Of a DNA stretch of 64,000 bases, positions 12,224 to 25,837 are shown piece by piece (within the stretch, counting starts at the first letter, position 1; every line of letters starts with the position of its first letter). The notes beneath the pieces are model-generated. The model had not been told where the DNA came from. It worked only from the letters and a program-made list of their open reading frames with translations, and searched no databases. Source of the DNA: Azolla caroliniana (lineage: Eukaryota; Plantae; Polypodiophyta); the NCBI GenBank assembly GCA_043228905.1, contig JBHGNT010000014.1:4960001-5024000 (forward strand). The letters are read 5' to 3'. Made by a program: the position numbers and the translations under genes.

Positions 12224-14739
12224 GAACCACATGATAAAAGTTTTGAACATAAAAGTCTTGTATCTGCTCAGCATTGTTTGCAGTGAGTTATTTTCTGCTG
12301 AACTTTTCACGGCTTATGTCATTTTTTATTTTATTACTTCTCACCTCAAGAGGGTGATTTGAGTCAACTATTGCGGAAAATCAGACTTGTTGCAATGTGA
12401 TTTTCTAATTTTTCACACTCCTCACTTTAAGAGGAGTAACAAGTCTACCGTGGAAATGCACAGCACAGATCTTTGCTTCGGCTAAACAAGAATATTTCGT
12501 TCATTTAGTTCTTAGAGAAATTGTGATATACCTTCTGCTTTAGCAAAGGAACATCTTTCGATTAGTTCAGCGAAATGCAATATACTTTTCTTCAGCTAAG
12601 CAAGAAGATCTTTGAATCTGAGCATAGGTTCTCCTCTGCATGTCTCATCTTATCTACATTGTATGAGTCTCTAATTCATTTCTAGTTTAATATTCTTCGG
12701 GTATGTCATATGAGAAGAGCCGTTCATATTTGTATCCTATTTCTAGGTTTCCAGTTTAACATGCTGTCAAATTTAAAGTATACTGTAAAAAAGCTTGGGA
12801 TGGGATTCTTGAAGTTCATTTGGTCTTCTTCAAGTTGAAATTTCAGCTCTGGCATAACCCTGATGTTTTTATTTTTCAAATGTCCCTCCCCTCGTAGCCC
12901 TCAAAACAGATGAAAAGAGGACAAATTCAGCATGTAAAATCGCCCAAGGAACACGTGAGTGTGTAGATGAATTGATGAAATAATCGCTTGCTTAAAATAC
13001 AATGCAGCTAATGCATATCCTTGAGGTTGGACATGGACATTTGGATGAATGGAAATTGAAGAACATTTGTCCTAGTGAAGTGAAAGGCATGGGTATTTTG
13101 GATTGTGTCTCATTTTCATGTTCATAAAGAGTATCAGCAAATCAAATCCCTCTAGTGCAAATCAACATTCACATGAATAAGGAAGCAAATCAAAACCCTC
13201 GAAGAAAATAACAAAGGGTGCCACATCCGACTAGTTCAGAATGTGCTAGTTCAGGACTTGGGCAAAGACATACGCTGATAAAACAACTTTTATCTCATCT
13301 GCCTTGAATACAATGGCTTGATGATTTCTTTGGTCATGGTGGTATGTGCAAGGGAGAGAGAGCACATAAGATCTTGAAGAGTATTAGGTCTCTTAAATAT
13401 GATACTACCAATATGTTATCGAATATTGCAATTCTAATAATATCTTTACTAGTTATTGCAAATTAATTGTTGGAACCTCACATATGCATTATGAGTTATA
13501 AATGTGGTTAATGTTAATTTTCATCCTTTTTAGAGCCTCAACTTCGGGAAAACATAGATTGGCAATTTTGAGCATAAGAAAACATGTTTTCTGAATTTCT
13601 AGTATGTATGAGCGTATTTGAGTATCTCCACCCTTGGGGAATAGGATAAGACCCAAATTGTGTGCTTTTTAAAGAAGGGCACTCCTTAAGAAGAGATGCA
13701 TAATGCTTATAATTGGGTGCCATGAGCAAAGATGATTCAAACTTAAGATTCAAAATGCCCCATGTTTAATGGTTACACTTTTGTGAATATTGCACCCAAT
13801 CATGCCTCTTGTTGTGATATAGCAAATTTTTTGTTTCGGGATTAGTTGCAACAAGTAAATAAGCTATTAATGGGTCGATGAGCTAGCTTGTTTGTAGTTG
13901 TGAGAGAGGCTCATTGACAAAGCAAGCAAATAAACAATATATGAAAATGCATTGTTTTATGTGTTAATGAAGAGATATCGTTCTCTCCTACCTTATACAA
14001 ATAAGATTGACAAGTCTTAGGGAAAATAATGTCATGAATCATGATTAATTTGAAAGCATGTTTTGTTGTAATATCCCCATGTGCCTCAATATTTTCAATT
14101 ATGGATTTTGGACATTATCCCAAATTTTATTAGAAACATCTTATCTATAGGAACTACCCATTGGGCTTAGAATGTAAAGGGATCCTGTCGGGTTTCCATA
14201 AACCCAACTTGTGTAAAAAGCAAGAGTTCAAACTTTAGGAAACAAAATACTATGCCCAATTTTGGTGCTACCTATGGTCCTCATTGTATCTCCCTTGCGT
14301 CCTACAACCAGCCACTTTCCTTTATGTAGGGTTTCAAAAAATCTAAAAAGGCAAGATCTCGAACTTTAGGTCATGAAACGTCATGCCCAACATTGGGATT
14401 GCGTATAGTTTCCTTTTATCTTCCTTTATTCCTACAATGTAGTCTTTTCCATTCTAAAGAATTGAGGTAACCAAGCCTTTCCTTTATTTAACAGAGACGT
14501 TTATCAAACATTTGGGTTTGTGATTGGTTGTAGTAAGTTCAAATTAGTTGTTATTGGGTCAATGATTTAGCGTGTAGCTGGGAGTTGGATTCCTTAGAAA
14601 AGCAAGTAGAGAAGTAGTGTATGGCACAACATCATGCATTAGTGAGAAGATCTCCTTCCCCACCACCCCACCACCATGCATTAGATTGATAGATGTTAGG
14701 CCTTCCATTTGAGGGCCCATCATGTGGTTAATGCTAATT

Positions 14740-14900
14740 TTCATGTAATTAGGAGGTTCACCTTTGTCAAAAGCATATATTGACAATTCCAAACATAAGC
14801 AAACATAGTTTTTGTATTTCCACTGCGTATAAGTATAGCTTTTGAGAATTGCTTCTCTGATCAACACATTGTGTGCAATGTGGGGAGGGTTGACGACCTC
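14740..14900 (-). pseudogene. Highly degenerate LINE reverse-transcriptase fragment
   Basis: IAHNVLIREAI...NYVCLCLELSIYAFDK resembles LINE RT I.DNVL...EA...LKLDF.KAFD; weak. Confidence 0.4.
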
Positions 14901-16903
14901 TACCTCTATGTACACTACTAGTAACTTGTCTAACTTAATTGCCTCATGGTAGCATGAATAGAATTGCATATATTGGTGTGTGCATTGATACCTTGAATTG
15001 ACCCAAATACTAAAGCATATGATCCACCACAAATGGTAGTAGTACCTACACACCATACATTGATGAGACAATAATCATCTCTAAGAAAACCAAACCAAAA
15101 ATGTTATTCATGTTTTTTCCCCCATGAAAGAAGCTCCAAAATAGTCAAAAGTATTTTTTCTATAGTCTACCAAAATTTGAACCTTTGACCACTAGTTCCA
15201 TTCCACAACTCTAAAACTTTGGCATGAAGAAGTTCAAGCACTTGATAAATGAAGAACCTCTTCCACAAATAAAAGAATAATACAAGATCAATGATTGAGT
15301 TAGAACTCTAAATCGAGAATTGCGTGTCTTAGGGAATTGGAGAATCATAAATTACAAGCCTTTTATGTCTTGCTTTTTATCGTATTCATTCTTTTTGAAC
15401 AAGGTATTATTGTGAAGATATTTCATATAGGTTCGCAAACCTTTTAATACACTATGCTCCCAAATTGTTGAAGGCCCAACATTTTCTCCTTTGTATGGCC
15501 CTAGGTGCTCCATCTCTACAAATTACATACTAGGCCTTGAATGTGCAAAATTCATCACAACTTCATATTTTCTCATATACCAAAGCTTATATATTCATTG
15601 GCTAGTTCCACCCTAGATTGTGCCCTTGACTTATCATATGAAACCTCAATGTCATTTACACAAGGCCTCAAATATCTTCACGATAAGTCGAGTTGGACCT
15701 CACCCTAGGTCGCACACATATTGCCCCTATAATAATGTATTACACCACATGATTTCCTAAAAATTGTGAAAAGCCTAGACACCTTTTGAGTTGCATAAAT
15801 CAAAGTGCTTGAGCTCCATGTTTGTCATGGGACTTGACAAAATTATTTAACGCCCTTCAAACAATGAATGCATCAATTAAAACTTTAGCATTCTTGGATA
15901 ATTGTAGTATTTTCTTGACACTGTTCAATGGCATTACCATATTACAAAAAATAGTGTGATAAAAAACATGTTTGTGTTTGAACTAAAACATCTGCAATAC
16001 ATGCACTAGTGGTAGTATTTGACAACTAGCCACTTGTCCAAAGCCTTTGAAAATGGCACATAACATGTAAAAATATTTTGAAAGAGTCATGCATAGGAGT
16101 AGAATGGAAAACTTTTACTTTGCAACATGGATAAGGGGAAAATACAGTAATAGTCTATAAACATCTAGCTTGTAAAGTGCTCAACGTACATACTTGACAT
16201 GCGACGGTTTTATTTAGAGATTTCCTAGACCATTGTTACCTTGAGATAAAAAAACAAACGTGAGAGCTGGAAATTATAGCAAGAAGGGATAGTAAAAATC
16301 ACATGGCTAGAATTTGAATATGAAGGAATAGAAAAGGAAATAGTAGGGGTCAATGTTGATGTTAAGATTTACAACATGAGACACAATTGATGGATGTAAA
16401 AATATGGGGTATTCTTTGGTCTTTTATCTCTTCCCAAAAACAATGTTATATCATTATATTTTGAGCTCTCCAAGTGTTTAGGAAAAGAGAGACCTTGAGG
16501 GCTATTGGGAGCATCCACGTTTCATGTAACACGCGATCTATTGGGGAAAGCATCCTTTGTGTATATACATACATAGAACTGGTGGATAGTGGTATGAGGC
16601 ATTTTTTTAAATGCAACATGTTGTCACATGTACACCATGATCAACAATCGGTGGGACTAACCCACATTGACTTGCATTTATCTCATGTAAGCATGCAACA
16701 AACATGAGAGACCCCTCTCACTTACGGTACTTATTGCCTACCTCATCCATCCAATGTTTTTTTTCCTTCCATTCTTGATGAATCACTCATACAACTCCAT
16801 ATTATGTACTATGTTGTCCTTTTATGGATTTTAAAGGACATTGACACTTGTACTTATCGTCGATATGTCTAATAGGCAAACTCCAAACATAAGTCAAACA
16901 CAT

Positions 16904-16912
16904 ACACACACA

Positions 16913-16985
<73 letters not shown>
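16904..16985. repeat. (CA)n(CT)n microsatellite
   Basis: Direct sequence. Confidence 0.95.
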
Positions 16986-16987
<2 letters not shown>

Positions 16988-18276
16988 CCCCCCCCCTCTC
17001 CCCCTCTCCCTCTCCAATAATGTTTTTAAAACTTACACCCATTTTGATGTATGCCGCGCATTTTAATGATATAGGTTTCCTCCATATACTTTGGAGATTT
17101 GAATGGTGGTTAATTACCTCCAAAGTGGCCCACAAAAATATGCATCTTGGTTTTCAACAAGGTTCTTGCAATGAACCTCATTCGTTTTCTCTATGTACGC
17201 AAGGTTTGTGCAAACAACATGATGTTGGAGGTGAGAGCATTAGTATCATATATCCAAAATCATTCTTCGTGCCTTAGCTTGAATGTTTGTCTCTAAACAT
17301 CTTAGTGCAATGCTCTACATTTCCTGGTCTACCATATTTAGCACACTGAAATGTTCCTAGGCACACTTAATGCAAAATAAAAATCAATATGGGAATGGTA
17401 TTGAGAAATGAAATTGAAATGATCACATACCGAGAGATGCATTCTCTCGTCTCTTTCTGTCTTCACATTAGCTTGAATTCTTTTTAAGTAGATTCTTAAT
17501 CATGGACTACCATAAGCTTCTCTCAATATTTAAAAGGCACATATGAGACTTTTGCAAATTCAGAAGTATTGAGAAGATTTGAGATCTATTGTATTAGGAT
17601 TGCACCCTAATATAAACCATGTTTCTCTCAACCCATGCACTTGGTTTCATTTTACACTTATTTACTACATGCAATTTAGTGCCTCATACATAGATATACT
17701 CACAACCAAACGGAACGAGGATGTCAAGAACCACAAATCGGTTTACTGTTACGCTCTAGTAACCCCAACATGTTAGACATGTACAAGGAAATGATTGGGA
17801 CACACATAACCACATCTTCTCATGTCCATTCCATTTAACCATATGAGAGGACAATAAATCAACCTTCTTTACAATTCTACTCATGATCTTGAAATCGAGA
17901 ATGGATCTTAGCGAGAAACAGCTAGAGCAAATTGCATTTTTTCGTTTTGCCCTAATAAGAAATTGAGGATGAGTAAAGCTCACACTACAATGTCAAGCAT
18001 TGAATGTCCATCTTACAATACGTCCCATCATTAATCATGGTATGCAATAAAATCACACTTCTCCATTTAGACATCAGAGAGATGTAGAAAATACACCATC
18101 CTCTTCATCAAGGAAGGAGACTCTACGCACCATATTTTTTGGGCCACATATGTCACGTTTATAGGCTCCCAAGGACATCAAAGTATTATCTTCCTCCAAT
18201 TCTTTCTCCATGGGCTAACTTTGTCTCATAGACCATATTCTAGTCTCCATTCATCAATTCCATAAATCCGATCTCT

Positions 18277-18279
<3 letters not shown>

Positions 18280-18354
<75 letters not shown>
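18280..18354. repeat. (CT)n(CA)n microsatellite
   Basis: Direct sequence. Confidence 0.95.
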
Positions 18355-18356
<2 letters not shown>

Positions 18357-18449
18357 AACGTTAGACAAAAAAAAGAAAATAAACAAAGGATAAAGTAGGA
18401 GACAATGCAACTAGTATATTTCCAATGATGAATACAAAGGTGAATGGGG

Positions 18450-19307
18450 TTAGGAGGATAGGTTGGGAGTAATGCTAGGATAGGGACATTGAGATGTAGC
18501 TCTAATTGTATTGATTATAGAAGAGGAAGGAGAAGAGGTAGTTGTAGTGGTACTAGGTGTGGAAGGAAGACTTATATGTGGAGTTGGAGGGAGAAGGAGG
18601 TGAAGCACGTGTGGTGTCGTGTTATGAGCAACACGCGCAAGGTGTTGGCATGCCCGCCTTAATGTGGATGCCACAGTGCGAGTAGAGCTCTTGAAAGTGG
18701 CCTTCACCACACCGACATAATTTGTCCTCATTAATTGATTGGTACTATTACTACCATCCTTACTAAGAGCGGTCTTCTTCAACTTGTTCTTCTTGTTTTT
18801 CTTCTCCGAAAATTTCCTATGATACAACTCACCCTCATAATGTAAACCTTGACCATGCCCATTCTTATACATGAATTCGCCACCACCGTCGCCATTATCA
18901 CATGTTTTGTGTACAATGTTCAATGAGATGTGATTTGTAGTCGTACATACCATCATGCCTCCATGTGATGTGGATCTCCTATAGACGTGATTGTTGTTGC
19001 CGCCTTCGTCTTCTTCTTCTTCTTCTTCATGGACAGTGTGAAGCTTTCCATAACTCAACATTCCTAAACTTGGTGATTGGTTAGCATAAGTACCTCCATA
19101 GTTATCATAATCGACATCGGAAGTGTCGCCAAGACTCGAACCTTGAACCCACGAGGAGGAAGACTTGTTGAAATGGCTTTTCATGTTCATGTTCATCAAC
19201 ATACAATGCTTCTCATTCTCTTGCACACACACTTCTATACCACCAAAGCAACCCAACATGAATGAAATCACTAATGCTCTTGTAAATGCAATGAATTCAC
19301 ATTGCAT
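18450..19307 (-). CDS. Putative intronless protein of unknown function (285 aa)
   Basis: Long ATG-initiated ORF in AT-rich intergenic DNA; TTATAAA about 35 nt upstream; no recognisable domain. Confidence 0.4.
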   Translation of the reverse strand: MQCEFIAFTRALVISFMLGCFGGIEVCVQENEKHCMLMNMNMKSHFNKSSSSWVQGSSLGDTSDVDYDNYGGTYANQSPSLGMLSYGKLHTVHEEEEEEDEGGNNNHVYRRSTSHGGMMVCTTTNHISLNIVHKTCDNGDGGGEFMYKNGHGQGLHYEGELYHRKFSEKKNKKNKLKKTALSKDGSNSTNQLMRTNYVGVVKATFKSSTRTVASTLRRACQHLARVAHNTTPHVLHLLLPPTPHISLPSTPSTTTTTSSPSSSIINTIRATSQCPYPSITPNLSS

Positions 19308-19593
19308 TTGTCAAAAAAAGCATCTTTCTCCACTCCCTACTTTATAACAAAACAAAGAGCATTTCTATCTCAACCATTCGTCTTTATCTTTAAATCACCA
19401 CCCTCCATTTCTTCCCTCCTTTGGTATTAACATGTCTTATTTAAACTCCGAAGACCCTTTTCTCCATTATATCATCTATCTATCCGTCAATCATTTTTGC
19501 TTTTGTTTCTTTTTTACTATCAACTTTTTACCTCTTTACATACATTTCCTATCATTTTTCTACTCTACATTTCTCCAATGATTATTTATGTCT

Positions 19594-19631
<38 letters not shown>

Positions 19632-22600
19632 CCAAATGTTTCTTCCATCACGACTTACCCTTAAATTTGCCCCATGTCTTATCTTCTCTATAGAAGTTAC
19701 TAGTCCCTACAAGTCTTATCAGACTACTATGCGTCATTTCTATCCATGAAAAATACTAATGTACAATGTTGTTACCTCCTGTAATATAAAGTGTTGCTAG
19801 AAACCATCAACATTTCTATCCATAACATACATACATACATACATACATACATGATACATATATAATACATACATATGTGTTAAACCACATAGTTGGGAAA
19901 ATGCTTCATAGAAAGTACAAATGCATAATTACCTTACGACTGACACATGACACAATCTTGTAAGTGGTAAGTAGCAACATTATACATTCCACATGGGAAA
20001 CTCATAGGCTAGTTTTAGAAAATGTATCGAGGTTAGTGCCTACACATTCTAGGGAAGACCCAATCGTCTAATCCCAATGTACTATCTTCTAACCAACATA
20101 CACGATGTTGCAAACAAATTACCTCAATCTACTTGTAATAGTAGAAATGGATTTCCAAGAGTATTAACATGACTAAACAAATGTAGAAGACAACTTAGGG
20201 GTTCAACACTCATGCAAAGTCTTGATGATTTGCGAAGAAAGTATAATTGAACACATAGCAATGATCCATGTTACAATGTTATCCGATCTTTTCACCATTG
20301 TGATAACAAATAATATAAGAGCATCAGTATGTATATAAAAATAACATTACCCTCTCTGGAACTTTTTGTAAGTTAGCATACACACAAGCACACACTCATT
20401 GTGTGCTTGTGTTCCTTGACTCTTTTAATTGTTACTTAGTTTTGTTCTCAATTTATCACATACATCACACAATTTGGCATTCCACAACCACACCAAACAT
20501 AAGAAAGAAACATTATCTTGTTTCTAAAATTCCATGCATCTTCACACACACACACACACACACCTCATTTTTGAATCATTAATAGTAGTCGAACATCCAC
20601 TCAACATAGTCTTAAAAAGTTCATCTTCTTGAAGGAAACAACCAAACAATAATTGATTAGTTATTTATAATAATAAGATATCTCAACTAATTTTGAGTGT
20701 TTCAACTTTCATGCACCTCTTCTTGGTATTTTTTCGTATCATTATTCTTTTGTGTGTTTTCCTTGCACTTTGAGGTTGCTTGATTTCATGTAAGTTGTTA
20801 TATACATATTCGAGATAATGTGGCTCACGAGCCTAATTATACTCACATGAAGTTTTTACTAAATAAAGAAAACAATGATTATACTAATCCCCCTGTCGAT
20901 AATGTTTTCTCCCATGGTTCATTGAACATGTAACCAGATTCATGAATATTATGAAACTGAAATGTTTGAAGTTTCTCTTTCATATGTATGTCAAGAGGCC
21001 CTAGTTTGAGATCTCTATTGGCAAAAAAGTACTTCATAATTGTACATTTACGTTAAATGATTATGATTCTTTTCATGTTATAACTTATGACTATCATGCA
21101 TATGATACATTAAGTCGACTATTCATAGGGAAGAATGCTTAGATTTCATGAGCCAAAGTTAATAAATATATCTTGTAAATGCACCTAGTTTTCCTACTAT
21201 TGAAATATTATAGTCTAGGAGAGAGATTTGCTTGCATTAGTAACCCATGCATGTTTAGAAACATGCAAAAGTTATGAGTTTGAGAGAAATCATGGTAAAG
21301 AATCAACAAACGATTGAGAAGTAAAAAATATGTAGTGCTCGAGAAGCATTTCTTAAGAATCACATGACTTCACCTTCTATGCACGAAACAATAAGAAATT
21401 ATGGAAATTTTTTACAAATTTAGTGGGAACTTACATAAAATAACATGTAACATTTTTATATCGATTATTGTTCCCTAATAAACATCTCCAATCCAATCAG
21501 CAAGTTCAAAGGCTTAACATTCATTGTGAATGATAGTAAGGGCATCAATTTGTTTCTGAACATTGTGCACTTTTCCCCGAAAATAATCAATTTGTTTTCC
21601 TCGATTTCTATGTGACGTGTCTATCAATCACAAATGAATAGTTTTTTCTTCTTCTTTTCTCAAATCGACAAGTCTCTTGACAAGAGGAGTAGAAAAATTG
21701 CCACTCATTTAGGGCTTCTCATGGGGAAATATGCTTGAAATTTGGTTAAAAAGACTACACGAAATGCTATGTTTTAGCGAATCAAATTGCATCTTCACAC
21801 ATTGTCTCTATTATATTTACTTGATCGTTATCAGCATCATCATCATCATCATGAATTCCATGAAAGTGAAAGAAAATAAATACTAGTAAATTTATTTTTT
21901 TAACACAAACGAGAAAGCAAAGTATCAATGTAGGTGATTTTCAAGACTCAATACGTTGTGTGTAAAAGAGAGAGGAAGTAAACAGTCGATTCAATTATGG
22001 TTTTGTTTTTCATTTCTTTGTTGATAGCAATGGGGTACGACTTACAAAGTGGATTACTTTAGACTTTTCTCAGTTCCCCATATTGCTCCATTCCATTATT
22101 ATCCAAATCAATTGTTATCACCTTCAAGTTAGAACGTTCTATGATCAAACTACTTATTTCTAAACCACAGAATACGAACTTTGGCAATGTAGTAGTAGTA
22201 ATGATATTAATAATGGTGAAAACAATTGACGTTACCCTAGGTCTAAAACTTAGAAGGAAAACATTCTTAGGAGCACAAGTTATAAATTAATAATGTTATC
22301 GTATGTTTTTTGTCATAGTCTTACCGATTATGTTGACCAAGATCGTTCACACATATTATATTGTTCTAATAGCATATACATCTTTACGATGCCAAGTGTT
22401 TAATGTATTATTCCCATGAAATCACCTCGATCTTAGAAAAGAATAAGCATGTGTCATCTCTAGAGCTACAATGGGACAACTCAAAATGGCTTATGCATGA
22501 CTTACCCATGCTTCAAACTTAAACATGCATTCCATATATAACATAGCAAGGAATAGAAGAAGGTCGTGTGTGTGTGTGTGTGTGTGTGTGCACGCTTCCG

Positions 22601-24111
22601 TGTATATTATCTCAAATAAAATGAAATCTTTTAAATTATGTTCCTTAAGAGTAAATGAAGTAATAGTTATGGTTCAACAAATACAGACAATTAATAGAAA
22701 AGACATGTTGGCTAAAGAATCTGATTGCTCTACATCTCAAATTCTTAGCTCCCTTGTTTGCCTAGGGTAGATTCAAACATTGAACCAAGATTAGCAAATT
22801 AGCAAAAGATTGTTAAACTGAAATTAACAAACAATTTTCGAATCACTTTGTCTCTCTCAATTCAACAAATTTTGCATAACTTCATGTATCAAAAGCACAA
22901 TGTTTCAACTTCTCAATATAAGAGAAATGAGCTTCCCAAGGTTACATAGAAAATGCATATTCCCAACGACTCCATTACAATTTACATCACATCTCAACAT
23001 GTATTTTTTTTCCATCTATTTCTTTATTACGAGAAACAATATCACTTGAATTGTCTAGTCATTGGTCAGCCCCCACACCCGCCCCCCCAAAAAAAGTAAA
23101 AAACAAAGGAAAAAAACCCAAAAGAGTGAGAAAGAGAAGAACATGGTTGAATGAATGTTATAGTTGTGCAAATAACAAATAATTGAGAGAAGAAGGTGGA
23201 CAAATTATTCGAACACATTGTACCTCTTTCGAGGAAGGATAATCAAGGAAACATTTTGGGGGACTATTTTTATGATTTTCCCTTTGTTTCACTTGTAGAT
23301 TAAATCTTTGCGATATGGGGATTGAGTATCATTGAGTCAATACACATATTTTGCTTCCAAGGTTCATTTGAAAGAATACTTACCCTTGTATACATGATGT
23401 TTTAAGACCAAGGCCCATAGTACTTAATCATGCATTTGTATTTCTATTTTCTGTATTGTAATTCACTTTGTTATTATTGGACATGATCATATCTCACCTC
23501 CATTTTGGTTTTTGGAAGTGTCAAAAATATGGTAGAGGAAGTTGATAGCAAAGCGAGTTTACGTGGAACTCACAATTTAATGGCCAATTCAATATATGAC
23601 TAACAATATACTAATGATGACAAAACTTGGAACTTGCAATGTATTTTGTGTTGAGTCCATTGTTTCCCAAACAATGTTGAATGGGTGGAAGCATTTCATG
23701 GACAATTATATGGAATGAGATGGAAAAAGCTTCAAAATGGCTTTATTTGGTTGTACTTAGGAATATGAGTTAGAACACCACATTGATTGTCTTGTTCAAG
23801 AACTAGATGACTCACAATTGAATACTAACCATATGATATATTGAAAGAGTCAAGAATATGCATGAGGATAGATTGCCAAAGAATATTTAATAAATTAATA
23901 TGATTCATCAAAATCTCAAAAATCTCCCCAAAACTCCTCCATTGAAAGATGTTAGAATTTAGCTCAACAATCTTCTTGCACTCGCAAGAACTCGTAAAGT
24001 TAACATGGAAGCAAGAAGTCACAATAGTGAGTGTACAAACCATCTTACCATGGGTATGAACTAAAAGGAATCCAAAATAACCGTAACAATTCTCATCAAT
24101 ATAGTTTACAA

Positions 24112-25837
24112 TCACGTACATGATGGACGAGTTCTATTTGAATACGCATCCCAAATATTGTGAAGTGTATGTGCGAATGTTTTCTCTCGACCATAAAGGA
24201 TACTAAAATGGTTTACCCCATCCAATACATGAACCTTTGTCTTAGAATGTTGTTGTTGTAATCGAACACTGCATTGCATTGGTATGAGTGTGTCTTCGGA
24301 TCCATGAAAGACATGTATTTCACAATGTTGTTGTTGCTCCAACACACTAAGGTAAGTATCCAAATGATGTGCCTCTCCACATATGATATTGTGGAAGATG
24401 TGCCATGCAGAATGATGTGTGTGTTGCACCAATTCACGGATAGCAAAGGTCGAAAACCTAACAATAACAATGACCCATCAACACCATGAATTATCTTGTC
24501 AATCTCTAGAGAACTTTCCCCTAGGCAAAGACGCAAGAGTATGTGTATATCTTGCTTTAAGTATAGTTTAAGATGTATGAGACAAACCTATTGAATGTTA
24601 ATGCTTTTAGTGTGAGTTCCCAAATGCGATGTTGCTTGCAAACTAAAAAGCAAATGCCGCGACCAATGTGCTCATAGCAAGACATTACTGAAACACCAAA
24701 TGCTACAAGCGGCCATATTCTCCGAGGCGCAAGTTGCCGAAGCGCATACGATGTCGCCAATTCGTTCTTTGGTGCCATGAAGTACGGCTAGCACAAACAT
24801 TTTAAAGGAAAAGTAATTTAACAAAAAACATATGGCTCATTGCTTGTTACATTTCGAGCATTTCTCTTTTCCAATGCAAATCTAGTTAGAAGATAAGTTC
24901 GAACACCACCAAAGTACCCAAAATTTTTAAAAAAATGTCCGCAATACTCCACCATAGTACTAGAGTTTTGTATTACGTTGCAAGCTGGCTATAAAAACTA
25001 AACACTTGACAAGTTCGTGGATATTTTGGATAGTAGATTAGTACTAACCGGTGCCACGAGTGTGATGGTCTTGATGGAATTCGGGTGTGCGGCCGCGAGT
25101 GCAAGTGAGACGATACAACCCATGGAATGTGCCACAAGATGGATGTTATGGAGCTCATATCTTTGTAGCACGGACTCTTCTATGGCCTTTAAGTGATCGG
25201 CCATGGTGTAGAGACAATGCCTTGGTTTCGGGCTCCTCCCGAACCCAAGTAGATCCACGGCGAACAAACGATACGAAGAATTCATGGGCACGGGGAGATG
25301 AGGGATTATCTTGTCCGACCATATCACTGACGAAGACAAGAACCCGTGGATAAACACGACATTCTCATGTGTCATGTCCGCACCCGAAGCTATGTTCGAT
25401 GCATCGAGATCTGTCAAGAATTAAAAGAGAAGGTAATGCATCAATCGTAATCTTGTGAATCCCAAGCCTATGAAGCCATCCGAGGAGATCCTCGCCCCCG
25501 AAAGACATTTGCTAATCAATGATTTCGTTGTAATGAAATGCCTCCATTACTAACCTTTCAAAGAAACATGGACATGGAGGAACTGATTCTCATCTAGTTG
25601 CCACGTGGTGCACGCGGAGCAGGAGCAATCGGACCATCGTGGATCGGGTCCGGGTGCGGGCCCAAGCGTGGCCTTCGGGTTGGGAGTGAGGCCACGTGGC
25701 GCCTTGCGGTTGGTCGGGCGGGAGTCGAAGATGGAGTCAAGAAACCCGAAGATCGGCCGCAGAAAGCGGTCGAGGACATCTAAGAAGCCGAAAACTAGGG
25801 AGCTCACACACACAAGTAAGGCCTCACTCATGCCCAT
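24112..25837 (-). CDS. BDG: BODYGUARD-like alpha/beta hydrolase (cuticle-associated lysophospholipase family); exons 25837-25555, 25410-25049, 24787-24588, 24457-24112
   Basis: PRWSDCSCSAC, VVFIHGFLSSS, DLLGFGRSPKP, AHSMG nucleophile elbow, HTHHSAWHIFHNII, terminal catalytic His; GT-AG introns in phase. Confidence 0.88.

Noticed and set aside
23560-23820. Possible hAT transposase C-terminal relic
   Set aside because: Similarity needs several assumed frameshifts; not supportable without a search.
24458-24536. Upstream acceptor at 24521 for the last BDG exon
   Set aside because: It puts the conserved HTHHSAWH block out of frame; the acceptor at 24458 keeps it in frame.
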